Positions 28,976 through 38,676 of a stretch of DNA of 61,875 bases are shown here, piece by piece. The notes beneath the pieces are model-generated. The model worked only from the letters and a program-made list of their open reading frames with translations, was not told the DNA's origin and searched no databases. The position numbers and the translations under genes are program-made. Source of the DNA: a virus; the UHGV virus genome UHGV-0856201. One strand, given 5' to 3'. Numbering within the stretch: position 1 is the first letter of the stretch; each line of letters begins with the position of its first letter.

Positions 28976-29361
28976 GTAACTTTAAATTCAGTCAGAGAAG
29001 TGAAAATAATCTGAAAAAGGTTAACCCGGATCTTGTGAAAATCGTGCGTCGGGCACTTCAGTTATCACCCGTTGATTTCGGTATCACAGAAGGTTTACGA
29101 ACTGTTGAACGACAACGACAACTGGTTGCTGCAGGTAAAAGTCAGACAATGAACAGTCGTCATATTTCGGGTCACGCCGTGGATGTATTTGCTTACCCTA
29201 CATCTGCCGGGTCGTGGGAGTGGAAGTATTACGAACAAATTGCCACTGCATTTAAACAGGCTGCAAAAGAACTGAATATTCCTGTTGAATGGGGCGGTGA
29301 CTGGAAAACACTGAAAGATGGTCCACACTTCCAGTTACCACATGAGAAATATCCCGCGTGA
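28972..29361 (+). CDS. endolysin, L-alanyl-D-glutamate peptidase (M15-type)
   Basis: SRHISGHAVDV and DGPHFQL metal-binding motifs; N-terminus resembles T5-type endolysin. Confidence 0.85.
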   Translation: MSNFKFSQRSENNLKKVNPDLVKIVRRALQLSPVDFGITEGLRTVERQRQLVAAGKSQTMNSRHISGHAVDVFAYPTSAGSWEWKYYEQIATAFKQAAKELNIPVEWGGDWKTLKDGPHFQLPHEKYPA

Positions 29362-29371
29362 GATAACAATC

Positions 29372-29602
29372 ATGGACAAATTCAGCATATTACGTAACAC
29401 AACCGGGGGGATCTCTTTAAGCCGCGCACAAGCGGCTTTAGGCTTCCTCGTGGTAACAGGGATTCTGATTTATCAGGCCGTGGACCGCACACTTGATGAT
29501 ACAGTGCTGTTAACCTATTTCGGTTTCTGTATAGGTCAGTATGTTGGTGCTAAAAAAATCGCTGTAGATAAACAACGAGGTACGCCAAATGACAACCCGT
29601 AG
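29372..29602 (+). CDS. small membrane protein (holin/antiholin candidate)
   Basis: Start at MDKFSIL; TMD ALGFLVVTGILIY; between endolysin and spanins. Confidence 0.35.
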   Translation: MDKFSILRNTTGGISLSRAQAALGFLVVTGILIYQAVDRTLDDTVLLTYFGFCIGQYVGAKKIAVDKQRGTPNDNP

Positions 29603-29987
29603 CGTGTTAATCACCGTTGTTGCAACTGTTCTGGTATTAGGCGCTGGTGCGTATACGTGTTACCACGCGGGATATAAAGCACGGGTAAATGAAGAACGTC
29701 AGGAACGTTTAGACGATGCACAACGGGAACAACAACGGTTAAAGGCACAACAGGAACTGGCGGATGATGTACTCCGTGGTTTAGCTGACTGGTCACAGAA
29801 TACTAAAATCGTGGAAATACGACATGAAAAGACTAATACTGTTTTTCGTAATGAGTGTCTTACTTCTGAATATCAACGCCTGTACAACGAACGAGTTACC
29901 GAAGCAGAAGCCCGTTTATCAGGCCGCATTAGTTCAGAAGTGTCAGACCGAAAACCTTCCACGGCTGAACGGTCTGACAGGAAATGA
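29589..29987 (+). CDS. i-spanin (Rz-like)
   Basis: N-terminal TMD then charged coiled-coil region; lysis cassette context. Confidence 0.5.
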   Translation: MTTRSVLITVVATVLVLGAGAYTCYHAGYKARVNEERQERLDDAQREQQRLKAQQELADDVLRGLADWSQNTKIVEIRHEKTNTVFRNECLTSEYQRLYNERVTEAEARLSGRISSEVSDRKPSTAERSDRK

Positions 29988-30072
29988 TTCAACAGATGTT
30001 AACGACCAGTGGTTAGATATTTATTTCAAATGTGCAACTATTCACAACGCATTAGTAGACAGTCTTCAGTAA
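29824..30072 (+). CDS. o-spanin (Rz1-like lipoprotein), overlapping i-spanin in +1 frame
   Basis: Signal peptide with lipobox-like LLNINAC; overlapped architecture typical of Rz/Rz1. Confidence 0.45.
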   Translation: MKRLILFFVMSVLLLNINACTTNELPKQKPVYQAALVQKCQTENLPRLNGLTGNDSTDVNDQWLDIYFKCATIHNALVDSLQ

Positions 30073-30285
30073 ATCTTCAACTGATACTTCAATCCACGAT
30101 GCAGGAACCGGATATTCAGTCCTGTACATAAACAAGGATGTTCCTATCAACCCGTGTGGGTCTGTTTTAATCCCTCGCATGTTCAACAACGGAAAAAACT
30201 GTTCACGCGTTTGTGGTAATCGTGCAAAGCGTCCTGTCGGGCGTTTAGCAGGATCCATAGGGTTGAATTCAACGATTGTGGACAT
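30052..30285 (-). CDS. hypothetical protein
   Basis: 77-aa ORF at the end of the minus-strand replication operon. Confidence 0.35.
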   Translation of the reverse strand: MSTIVEFNPMDPAKRPTGRFARLPQTREQFFPLLNMRGIKTDPHGLIGTSLFMYRTEYPVPASWIEVSVEDLLKTVY

Positions 30286-30790
30286 AACAATAACTCCTGT
30301 ACGCTTGTCTTTTTATTTTCTGATAGTCGGAAACTTTTACAGATCTTGTTTTACATTCACCAATACGATGTGGGTCGAAAATAAACATCATCTGTGAACG
30401 GTCATTTCCTCCTGCTGGTAACCCGGTGTCAGGGTCTACAAATGCTATACGGCCTTTAAACACCCATAGTTCCGAACAATGTGTCAGTGCTTTGTGAAAC
30501 CAGTCTGCAGACGTCATAGCGTTCACGAGTAATAACGAACCAGTTCCCTGATGAACAGTGGTTATTATTTTATTAACCCAGGGAGACGGATCGCTGTACG
30601 GTGGGTTACACCAGATGAACCCACCACCATTATTTTGAACAATCGAATGCCAGTCTTTATTCAGACTATCAGTGATAAATAACGAACATTTAGCGTTAGA
30701 ACCATCGGTACACACATCAAGAACAAGTGGGAATTCACGAGAAACGTTATCAATAAAATCCCACGGTGTTTCCCAGTTGTCTTTAGCCAT
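30269..30790 (-). CDS. DNA N6-adenine methyltransferase (phage Dam-type)
   Basis: Start at MAKDNWETPW; motifs WETPWDF, LDVCTDGSNAKC, WCNPPYS. Confidence 0.7.
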   Translation of the reverse strand: MAKDNWETPWDFIDNVSREFPLVLDVCTDGSNAKCSLFITDSLNKDWHSIVQNNGGGFIWCNPPYSDPSPWVNKIITTVHQGTGSLLLVNAMTSADWFHKALTHCSELWVFKGRIAFVDPDTGLPAGGNDRSQMMFIFDPHRIGECKTRSVKVSDYQKIKRQAYRSYCYVHNR

Positions 30791-31136
30791 GTTCAGGTAC
30801 ACTCTCCACGCTGTAATACACAGGAATACCCAGACGTTCAGCTTCTGCAATTTCTGCAATAGTCCCGGACGAACGACGATAATCAGGAAGCACCAGAACA
30901 GCGTCACAGCGGCGCATAATTTCTAACGTGCCTGACAGGTAGTATTCAGGTTGTATATTGCGTAAACCGCCGTCAAAGTCCCACAATTCGGTGTTCTTGT
31001 GAGGGATAACCGGGAACCACCCCGGACGTTGTAAAGCAAGTCGTTTACCCGCCTGTTCAGCACGTGACACGTTACGGGATGTTTTAAGCGCACAGTCAGC
31101 ACGATAAGGCCCTGCAATGTAACAGAGTTTAATCAT
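30783..31136 (-). CDS. DUF4406 / nucleoside 2-deoxyribosyltransferase-like protein
   Basis: Start MIKLCYIAGPYRA; later DAVLVLPDY..SSGTIAEIAEAERLGIPV. Confidence 0.5.
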   Translation of the reverse strand: MIKLCYIAGPYRADCALKTSRNVSRAEQAGKRLALQRPGWFPVIPHKNTELWDFDGGLRNIQPEYYLSGTLEIMRRCDAVLVLPDYRRSSGTIAEIAEAERLGIPVYYSVESVPEHG

Positions 31137-31464
31137 GGTTGTTTTCCTGCATCTGTAAGAACACAATCATTGCTGCACGGAGTGGATTAGCGTGAGAACA
31201 ATAAATTGTAGGTTCGTTAATCATATCCCAACCACATTGATCAAATTCAAAATCACCCCAGGCTAACCATTCGTTTTCATTAGTGTCAAACGCAATGCTA
31301 ATCTTATTTTCAACAATAATCGGCATTGCGTCTGTAGGGTTATTGCAGTAATCAACTACTTGATTCACCAGTTCCAGACGATGTTCGTGTGATGGTTCAC
31401 CGTATAATTTACGACTAACCATTGCGTTGATTGAAATATCACTTAAAACGCTGTAATCAGTCAT
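31129..31464 (-). CDS. hypothetical protein
   Basis: 111-aa ORF, coupled. Confidence 0.4.
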   Translation of the reverse strand: MTDYSVLSDISINAMVSRKLYGEPSHEHRLELVNQVVDYCNNPTDAMPIIVENKISIAFDTNENEWLAWGDFEFDQCGWDMINEPTIYCSHANPLRAAMIVFLQMQENNHD

Positions 31465-31993
31465 GACGATTCATTCCTTCTAACATATCCCAGATAAGTG
31501 CAACACGACGCGGATCCGTGCTGATAGTGTGTAAAGTTTCACATCCGTAATGCCACCCCCAACGAACGGATAATTCTGACAATAGATAACCACGGGAATT
31601 AGCCAGTTCAGCCAGTTCACCGGGTTTAAACGTCGTTGTATTAGGTTCTGTAAGAACACGAGTACCACAGATAGCGTCACTGATGCGCCACGGTTTCATC
31701 AGGTCATCAACTTTGTACCAGTTACTGATACTGATTTCAGATGTTCCCCAGCGTGCAGCCAGTTTCAGACGTTCCTGACGGGCCGGGAACATTGGCATTT
31801 GTGGTAAACGCAGTTGGATCTGTTCTGCAGGTTCGAACATGTCATCATCTGTTAAACGGAATTCACCACGGTCATCAATATAAAAACCACGGGAACGACC
31901 ATCACGGGTGAACCCGTCAACACGGTTGTAAATTTTACCGGGAGTAAAGACACCAATCGGTGAACCAGCTACAAATTTGTGTGAAGTATGCAT
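31457..31993 (-). CDS. hypothetical protein
   Basis: 178-aa ORF downstream of polymerase gene. Confidence 0.4.
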   Translation of the reverse strand: MHTSHKFVAGSPIGVFTPGKIYNRVDGFTRDGRSRGFYIDDRGEFRLTDDDMFEPAEQIQLRLPQMPMFPARQERLKLAARWGTSEISISNWYKVDDLMKPWRISDAICGTRVLTEPNTTTFKPGELAELANSRGYLLSELSVRWGWHYGCETLHTISTDPRRVALIWDMLEGMNRHD

Positions 31994-32032
31994 TGTTATC
32001 GCCTCAATAAGTTTTAAATAATTCTATACGGT

Positions 32033-33889
32033 TTACCGAAGTGGTGCAACGAGTTTTTCAGCTTCTTTGATGTAAAAATCATAATTGAGTGTTGCCCGGT
32101 TAAAACGTTTCATGTCGTTGCACTCAGTGGTCAACCAACCTTTACACACTGACATACGGCGTTCAGGCGCATCAGGGTTCAGTTTCAGTGATTTTGCCAG
32201 TGGTGGCATGACTTTTGTCAACGGCGCACCATCTGTACTGACGTAATAACGGGTAATGTTCTGAACCTGTTTATCACCCCATAGTAATTTGCTGTTACGC
32301 GGTACTTTCGTCACTAACATGAAATCGTGAATATCTTCGTGTGATGTTATAAAATCACGAATATCTTTATTGTGTACCAGTGCTGCTTCAGCCGCTTTTG
32401 CGACAACCTGCATACTGTGGTTTTGATGCCAACCAAGGTCAACGCTGTGACAATAAGCGCCTTTACGTTTAACTTTCTTACCACCTTCGTAAACAGCGAT
32501 GTAGTTGTTTACGTCGCGAATAAACATCACGTCATAAATCGCTTCTTCAAGCTGGAGTCTGGTTAATTTTTCCCACGCGTGACGAACCTGTTCTACTTGT
32601 CCGGTAAACACTCGTGGTACGTAAACCGTAAGACCATCTGTGTTAGCCTGGATCATGGACAAACCAGGGATTTTCAGAAGTTCTTCAGCCAACATGCACA
32701 AAAGTAACTGTCCATTAATCGTAATAGCCATTGTATAAGCAGGATCGTAGAATGGACTGTATATGTTATTACTGTCACCATACACACCGTTTAACGCCAG
32801 TTTTAACATTGCATTTTCTGGTGTACCTTTCGGGTAACTGGAACGCATGTCGTAAACATTTTTATAAATGGTGCAAAATTGTTTTCCCAGATGTGCCGGG
32901 TAAAGTTCATTACTGATCGCAAGGTTCGGGTAAAAACTGGCAACGTCCAGATCGATGATCACATAATTTTCAGTGGACCTGATAGTTTGAGACTCAATAG
33001 ACCCGTGGATACCACCCGTACCAAAATCAAACGAGAACCCGTTAATGTCTGCGCTTAAATCTGTGAATACACCTTTTGTTTCAGTGATGACCTGTTGACG
33101 TAACCAGTTAAGAACACGATTAAATTCAGGTTGTTCAAAACGGACATAAGGGAAAATCACACTGTTTAATGCGATTGATGGTCTGTGCGTCTGCCGTGGT
33201 TTTCTGCTACCCGGTTCGAAACATTGAATACCTGATTTTTCAAGTTCCATGATGAAATAGTCTTTACCGATTTTCGTGTCGTTATGGTTCATGAAATTAC
33301 GACCGTATTTAGCAGAAAGTTCACGACGAAAATCGATCAGCTTTTTACTGTGTTTATAAAACATCAAAGTCGCTTTCAAATCGTGCATCAGATATTGACG
33401 AAGCGTATCAATTTGAGAATCGGTTAAATAAGTCCCTGGGATAAACGGAAGGTCTTCAATGTTTTCCATTCTCATGTTGAACTCAAGTGTTTTCAGACTT
33501 GTTCGTTTTGCCTGATTGTCGAAATGATGAATTTTGTACAAATCAAGCTGGGGAACTATCCAGTCTTTTTCCCACACCATATGAGCAAAACGATTTTCAT
33601 CACCGGCGTTAATTATCGAATCGCCTTTTTTGTAAATGTCTGCGTTGGTGATATACATGATGTTGTTCAAAATAGAATGCTGAACAGGATAGTCGTAACC
33701 CAGATTGTTATAACCAACTTCTTCAGCACGATGTTCACGCAAATATTCCGTGAAGAAGTAAAAAGCCTGACGATCATCGCGACGATGTGAAATCTCAAAA
33801 ATATAAGGCGTTTCAGTTAACGCGTGAATAGCACCGAACAGGAAAACATTAGGATAGTTTTCAATATCGTGAACGTAAGCATCTGACAT
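32033..33889 (-). CDS. DNA polymerase (compact; PolB-like motifs)
   Basis: Exo-like DIE near N-term; DLDVASFYPN, KLALNGVYGDSNN, NTDGL resemble polymerase motifs A/B/C; family uncertain. Confidence 0.6.
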   Translation of the reverse strand: MSDAYVHDIENYPNVFLFGAIHALTETPYIFEISHRRDDRQAFYFFTEYLREHRAEEVGYNNLGYDYPVQHSILNNIMYITNADIYKKGDSIINAGDENRFAHMVWEKDWIVPQLDLYKIHHFDNQAKRTSLKTLEFNMRMENIEDLPFIPGTYLTDSQIDTLRQYLMHDLKATLMFYKHSKKLIDFRRELSAKYGRNFMNHNDTKIGKDYFIMELEKSGIQCFEPGSRKPRQTHRPSIALNSVIFPYVRFEQPEFNRVLNWLRQQVITETKGVFTDLSADINGFSFDFGTGGIHGSIESQTIRSTENYVIIDLDVASFYPNLAISNELYPAHLGKQFCTIYKNVYDMRSSYPKGTPENAMLKLALNGVYGDSNNIYSPFYDPAYTMAITINGQLLLCMLAEELLKIPGLSMIQANTDGLTVYVPRVFTGQVEQVRHAWEKLTRLQLEEAIYDVMFIRDVNNYIAVYEGGKKVKRKGAYCHSVDLGWHQNHSMQVVAKAAEAALVHNKDIRDFITSHEDIHDFMLVTKVPRNSKLLWGDKQVQNITRYYVSTDGAPLTKVMPPLAKSLKLNPDAPERRMSVCKGWLTTECNDMKRFNRATLNYDFYIKEAEKLVAPLR

Positions 33890-33969
33890 AATAAAACCCT
33901 GATAAGTAAATGGGGCACTATGGCCCCATGTCTGTTTAAAGCGGTATGTCGTCCCAGTTCCAGTAACTA

Positions 33970-34881
33970 TCAGTAACCGTTACCGTTGAGAAAATTCGGG
34001 GCCGGGGTGGTCATTACCATATAACCGTTAGCGATCAGTTGTTCATCGTTCCAACCTTGCGTAATAAACTGTTCGTAAGTTGCACCACCTGCTTTTTCAG
34101 TCATTACCTTCACAGGTGCTGCCGCTGCTACAGGTGCTGCCGCTGGTGTAGGCGCTGCTACAGGTGCTGCCGCTGGTGTAGGCGCTGCTACAGGTGCTGC
34201 CGCTGGTGTAGGCGCTGCTACAGGTGCTGCCGCTGGTGTAGGCGCTGCTACAGGTGCTGCCGCTGGTGTAGGCGCTGGTGTTACGCCGATCGGACGTGCA
34301 CCTTCAGGCATTGCAGGAGCCGCACCGAACACAGAGGCAGGGGCCGGACCGGAAATGATTTCTTCACCTGCATAAAGCAATTGCGCCATTTCCATGTTGA
34401 TATATACACCAGCCTGATTACCTGTACGACCGTTTGCAACAGATGATCCGCTGATACGGTAGTAATAACCTTTTTTCGCCAGATTTTTATCAATAACTGG
34501 CTGGTACGCTGCGTTATAAACCGGACACGCGTCAATAGCCACGTTGCGTGAGAAACCAATTACCCAGTGACCAGCATAACCAGTTTTACTCGCATGTTTC
34601 GGATCGTCACCGTTAATAATTTTCCATGCGAAAGTAGGTTGTTGTGGTTCGCCGTTCACATAGTGTGAGTTAGCCGCTCGCATGATGGCCTGGAACACCG
34701 CACCAAGTTCACCTTGTTCTTCCCACCAGTTCGCAGCTGTTTTAGGAAATGCCAGACCAACCCACCAGTTATGTTTTTCAGGTGCTAACGGTTTATTTTC
34801 GTGGTCATGAGTGTTGATATCGAAAAAAGAACCGCCAACCAGACGACCAACCGGAGTTACAAAAGATTCTTTCTGTGCCAT
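33970..34881 (-). CDS. putative ssDNA-binding / replication accessory protein with Pro/Ala repeat linker
   Basis: 303 aa; between nuclease and polymerase; AAPVAAPTPA x5; C-terminal YEQFITQGWNDEQLIANGY. Confidence 0.4.
   Translation of the reverse strand: MAQKESFVTPVGRLVGGSFFDINTHDHENKPLAPEKHNWWVGLAFPKTAANWWEEQGELGAVFQAIMRAANSHYVNGEPQQPTFAWKIINGDDPKHASKTGYAGHWVIGFSRNVAIDACPVYNAAYQPVIDKNLAKKGYYYRISGSSVANGRTGNQAGVYINMEMAQLLYAGEEIISGPAPASVFGAAPAMPEGARPIGVTPAPTPAAAPVAAPTPAAAPVAAPTPAAAPVAAPTPAAAPVAAPTPAAAPVAAAAPVKVMTEKAGGATYEQFITQGWNDEQLIANGYMVMTTPAPNFLNGNGY
34115..34280 (-). repeat. 30-bp tandem repeat (5 units) inside CDS
   Basis: ggtgctgccgctggtgtaggcgctgctaca repeated in frame. Confidence 0.9.
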
Positions 34882-34896
34882 GTTATTAACCTTCTT

Positions 34897-36042
34897 TTAA
34901 AGTGGACGTGCGCCAGTCGGCATCGTCACGGGTTTATTAAAAACAGATTCTGCCAGTGTGCTGTGACCTTTACGTGGGTCACTGTCAGGTACTAAAACTG
35001 GCTGACCTTCTGGTTTTGTCGTACACATGTCAACAAGTGCCGGAGGCAGTGATTTTTCCAATGTTGACAACGGTTTTAATTTACGTTCGTACAATGTTTC
35101 AGGGTTTACACCAAACATGGGTGCAGCACCGATCAATTTTCCTTCGTCCGTAAGTTGACGTCGGGTTTGCTTTGTTGCAAGTTTAAAACCCGGTAAAGCC
35201 TTACCCATGCGAACAAAATGTAACCCCTGAGTATGTAAAGCTGTTTTTGCTTCAGAAGAACGCGTATACAGTTCTTCAAGAAGTGCCAGACGACGCGCTA
35301 CTTCTTCTGGCGTAAGTGATGGTGGTGCATCAAGAACAGTAGCCAATTCTAAAATCCTCTCATACATCGCCGGACACATACCACGCGCCGGACAGTAATG
35401 ACAATGACTACCAACATTTAACGGTGCGTCTGGTTTATGTGCCTCGTTAAACCCGTGTTTAAATCGTTCAGCCCATTCCATCAATGTTGCCCGGTTAAAC
35501 TCCCATCGTCTTACAGGTCCGAGTGGGTGATAAGCCCGTGGCTGAACAATTGTGAACACAACGCGCTTAACAGTATCAATACAACGTTGGTCCAGTGCGT
35601 AATAGACCCCCTGTGAGTTATCAACTGCTTCAACTGCAACACGACCATATTTATAATCCCATACGTAAAGCGTATCAGTAATAAAGTCATACCAGCGATA
35701 ATCACAGGTTCCGTACTGACCGGGTAATAACCAGTCAATGTGAATGCGAACTTCTGAAAACAGCGGATCAAGTTTCGCACCAACTGAAAGAACATCTGCT
35801 ATAAAGTCATCCGCGTAAATATGCATGTCTTCAGTAACCTGAACACCGTTAGGAGCAAGACACGGCATTAATGGCGGTTCACCTTTAATCTTCTGTTCTA
35901 ACACCCAGTGTCCGGCTGTACCTTCTTCAGCACTGGGTGATGATGGTTCTACATAGTCAATCTGCTGTGACAGTTGAACGCTACCCGGACAAGCTAACCA
36001 ACGTTTTGATCCACTGGCACTAAAGGTAGCGTGACTGGTCAT
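34897..36042 (-). CDS. PD-(D/E)xK-type nuclease with C-terminal Cys cluster (DUF2800-like)
   Basis: N-terminus SHATFSASGSKRWLACPGS; cluster CHYCPARGMC. Confidence 0.55.
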   Translation of the reverse strand: MTSHATFSASGSKRWLACPGSVQLSQQIDYVEPSSPSAEEGTAGHWVLEQKIKGEPPLMPCLAPNGVQVTEDMHIYADDFIADVLSVGAKLDPLFSEVRIHIDWLLPGQYGTCDYRWYDFITDTLYVWDYKYGRVAVEAVDNSQGVYYALDQRCIDTVKRVVFTIVQPRAYHPLGPVRRWEFNRATLMEWAERFKHGFNEAHKPDAPLNVGSHCHYCPARGMCPAMYERILELATVLDAPPSLTPEEVARRLALLEELYTRSSEAKTALHTQGLHFVRMGKALPGFKLATKQTRRQLTDEGKLIGAAPMFGVNPETLYERKLKPLSTLEKSLPPALVDMCTTKPEGQPVLVPDSDPRKGHSTLAESVFNKPVTMPTGARPL

Positions 36043-36803
36043 CAGAATGCCCCACCCATTTGTTTAACAGATTCAGCCTGACCAACAATGTTTTCAGCAT
36101 CAGCCGGGGCTGCGTTAATGCGTTCAATCAGTTCGATGATAGATTTCAGTTTTACTGGGTCGTCAATCTGCATCACGTTCTGAGTTTCATACAGTCCCAT
36201 GATTCGCTGACTTAATGGCGCAGCACGGTCACCCGTAATTTGTCCAAACATCTGCATCAGTGCTGACTGAAGAACCTGTGTGTTATAAACTTTAGCCGGA
36301 TCCGTGGTTACAGGTTGCTCGACTGGTGCAGCCGGTGCTGCTGGTACAACTGGAGCTACCGGAGCGGCAGGAACCGCTGGAGCAGGATCAACAGGTGCTA
36401 CATAACCCGGTGCAAGTTCTGCAGGTCCGGTATAACGCCCTGCTTCAACTGCTTCAGCAATAAGTTCACGTTTAACACCGTCAACAAACGCTTCATCCAG
36501 TTTTTTCTTCTGACGCCACAGACCATCACCTTTGTTCAGGGATTTACTGTCAATGTGGATACGCGGATCGTGACGCAAACCCCATTTGTCGAACTCTTCA
36601 GTGCTGGTTTCGTTATCGTCAACATCTTCAGTTGGTGCAGATACAACAGGCAGTGATTCAGCAACGACAGTCACAGTTTCTTTAGTGATACCATCACCCT
36701 GAGCAGTCATGAGTGGTGCAGCACCAGTCGCAATCGCTGCTGCCAGATTGTTGATCGCAGTTTCCAGACCCGGAGCAGTTACAAGTAATTTAACTTCGAA
36801 CAT
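36042..36803 (-). CDS. hypothetical protein (first gene of replication operon)
   Basis: 253 aa; Pro/Ala-rich linker; start coupled to promoter copies 7/8. Confidence 0.4.
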   Translation of the reverse strand: MFEVKLLVTAPGLETAINNLAAAIATGAAPLMTAQGDGITKETVTVVAESLPVVSAPTEDVDDNETSTEEFDKWGLRHDPRIHIDSKSLNKGDGLWRQKKKLDEAFVDGVKRELIAEAVEAGRYTGPAELAPGYVAPVDPAPAVPAAPVAPVVPAAPAAPVEQPVTTDPAKVYNTQVLQSALMQMFGQITGDRAAPLSQRIMGLYETQNVMQIDDPVKLKSIIELIERINAAPADAENIVGQAESVKQMGGAF

Positions 36804-36824
36804 TACGTTTTCCTCTTGTTGTTT

Positions 36825-36876
36825 GGTTGTCGCTAACTTTAAAAGGTGTTGTGTAATCTGTCAAGAATTATTTTAC
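36825..36876 (-). promoter_or_regulatory. conserved phage early promoter (copy 7)
   Basis: ctgtcaagaattattttacac; -35 TTGACA 36859-36864 (minus). Confidence 0.6.
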
Positions 36877-36889
36877 ACTCACCTTTCGT

Positions 36890-36940
36890 TGATGCAGATG
36901 TTAGAGGAATGAGTTGCAATACGTCAAGAACTATTTTAAA
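36890..36940 (-). promoter_or_regulatory. conserved phage early promoter (copy 8, tandem)
   Basis: acgtcaagaactattttaaac; -35 TTGACG 36922-36927 (minus). Confidence 0.5.
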
Positions 36941-36973
36941 CTTTTTTCACGATTCGATATTACAGGGTAGAAA

Positions 36974-38635
36974 ATGAAAGCTCGTTATTATCAGACTGAA
37001 GCTATCAATAACGTATGTCAGGCATGGTCAAGCGGTGCTGACGACGTGATTCTTGTGCTTCCCACGGGGGCAGGAAAAACGTTCTGTATGTCTGAACTGG
37101 TAAAAACAAGAGACGGTGTAAAAGTCATCCAGGCACACCGTAAAGAACTGGTTAGTCAAATAGCAATGGCTGTTGCTCGCCAGGGGTTAGCACACAGATT
37201 TATAGCGCAAAAAGATACTGTTAAGTTTGCAACTAATCAGCAGATGAAAACGCTTGGTTACAGTACCTATTCCCCCGGTGCTGACATCGTTATTACCAGT
37301 TCACAAACGTTAAGAACAAAACAGTACGAACGATGGTACAACGACGTGTCTCTTGTATTCAGCGATGAAGCGCATCACCTGGTGCGTGGAACACAGTGGG
37401 GAGACTGCCGGGAAAAATTCCCTAACGCTAAAGGTCTGGGTGTTACAGCTACACCGATCCGTGCTGACGGTAAAGGCTTGGGTCGTCATGCGTCAGGTTA
37501 CGCAGATCAGATGATCATTGGTCCGTCAATGCGTGAGTTAATCAGTCAACAACATCTGGCTGATTATCGTCTGATTATGGCTGAAACAGACCTGGAATTA
37601 ACCGCAGAAATGATTTCCCATACCACGGGTGATTACAAACCTTCTGCATTAAAAAAAGCGATGGAAGATTCAAACATCGTTGGTGATACCGTCAGTACGT
37701 GGAAAACGTACGCAGACGGTTTGCTCACTGTTGTGTTTACGTGTGATGTGGATTCTGCAGAAGCACTGGCAAAAGAATTTCGCGATGCTGGCATTCCTGC
37801 AGAGGCAATCAGTTCACGAAACAGTAATCAGGAACGAGCGGATATTCTGGAACGTTTTGAACGACGTAAAACACTCGTGCTGTGTAACAACGATTTATTC
37901 GGTGAAGGATACGACTGTCCTGCAATGGAATGTGCTGTAATGGACCGTCCAACAGAATCTTACTCTTTGTTTGTACAACAAATGGGTCGTCCGTTGCGTT
38001 TCAAACCGGGTAAAAAAGCACTGATTATTGATAAAGTCGGTAATGTTCGTCGATTTCTGGCCCGTGGTTTTCCACTTCCCGATCAGCATTACAACTGGTC
38101 TTTAGATGACCGTGACCGTCGTTCATCTAACAGCAGTGGGAACAGTAACACAACATGCACAAACAAGGGTGATCCTGATAACGGTATTCCACCGTGTCTG
38201 AAGCCTTATCCGTCTGGTCTTCCGTGCTGCCCGTATTGTGGTCATATTCCTGAAAAAGCCGAACGCTCAGGACCGGATCGTGTAGAAGGTAATTTACGTG
38301 AACTGACACCTGAAGAACTGGAAGAATTACGCCGGGCAGTTGTGATAATCGACCGTGATCCTGTTGCGGTAAAAGAACAAATGTTGAATGCTGGTGCACC
38401 ACCTGTTGCAGCTTACAGTGCAATGAAAAACATTCAGGCAATGAACGATGCACAGCGTAAATTACGTAGCATGATTACCACATGGGCCGGTATTCAGCGT
38501 GATAAAGGTATACCCGTTGATGACGCTTACAAGATGTTTTACAGGGTGTTTGGTGTTGATGTACTTAGTGCACAGGGCTTACGTACTCGTGAAGCTAATG
38601 AACTCGCCGCAAGGGTTGCAAGTTCATTAATCTGA
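36974..38635 (+). CDS. SF2 DEAD/DEAH-box DNA helicase
   Basis: Walker A LPTGAGKT, DEAH box FSDEAHH, C-terminal CCPYCGH zinc finger. Confidence 0.8.
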   Translation: MKARYYQTEAINNVCQAWSSGADDVILVLPTGAGKTFCMSELVKTRDGVKVIQAHRKELVSQIAMAVARQGLAHRFIAQKDTVKFATNQQMKTLGYSTYSPGADIVITSSQTLRTKQYERWYNDVSLVFSDEAHHLVRGTQWGDCREKFPNAKGLGVTATPIRADGKGLGRHASGYADQMIIGPSMRELISQQHLADYRLIMAETDLELTAEMISHTTGDYKPSALKKAMEDSNIVGDTVSTWKTYADGLLTVVFTCDVDSAEALAKEFRDAGIPAEAISSRNSNQERADILERFERRKTLVLCNNDLFGEGYDCPAMECAVMDRPTESYSLFVQQMGRPLRFKPGKKALIIDKVGNVRRFLARGFPLPDQHYNWSLDDRDRRSSNSSGNSNTTCTNKGDPDNGIPPCLKPYPSGLPCCPYCGHIPEKAERSGPDRVEGNLRELTPEELEELRRAVVIIDRDPVAVKEQMLNAGAPPVAAYSAMKNIQAMNDAQRKLRSMITTWAGIQRDKGIPVDDAYKMFYRVFGVDVLSAQGLRTREANELAARVASSLI

Positions 38636-38676
38636 TGGTAATCTGCATAGAAATATTTTAAACGTAAGGAACTGTA

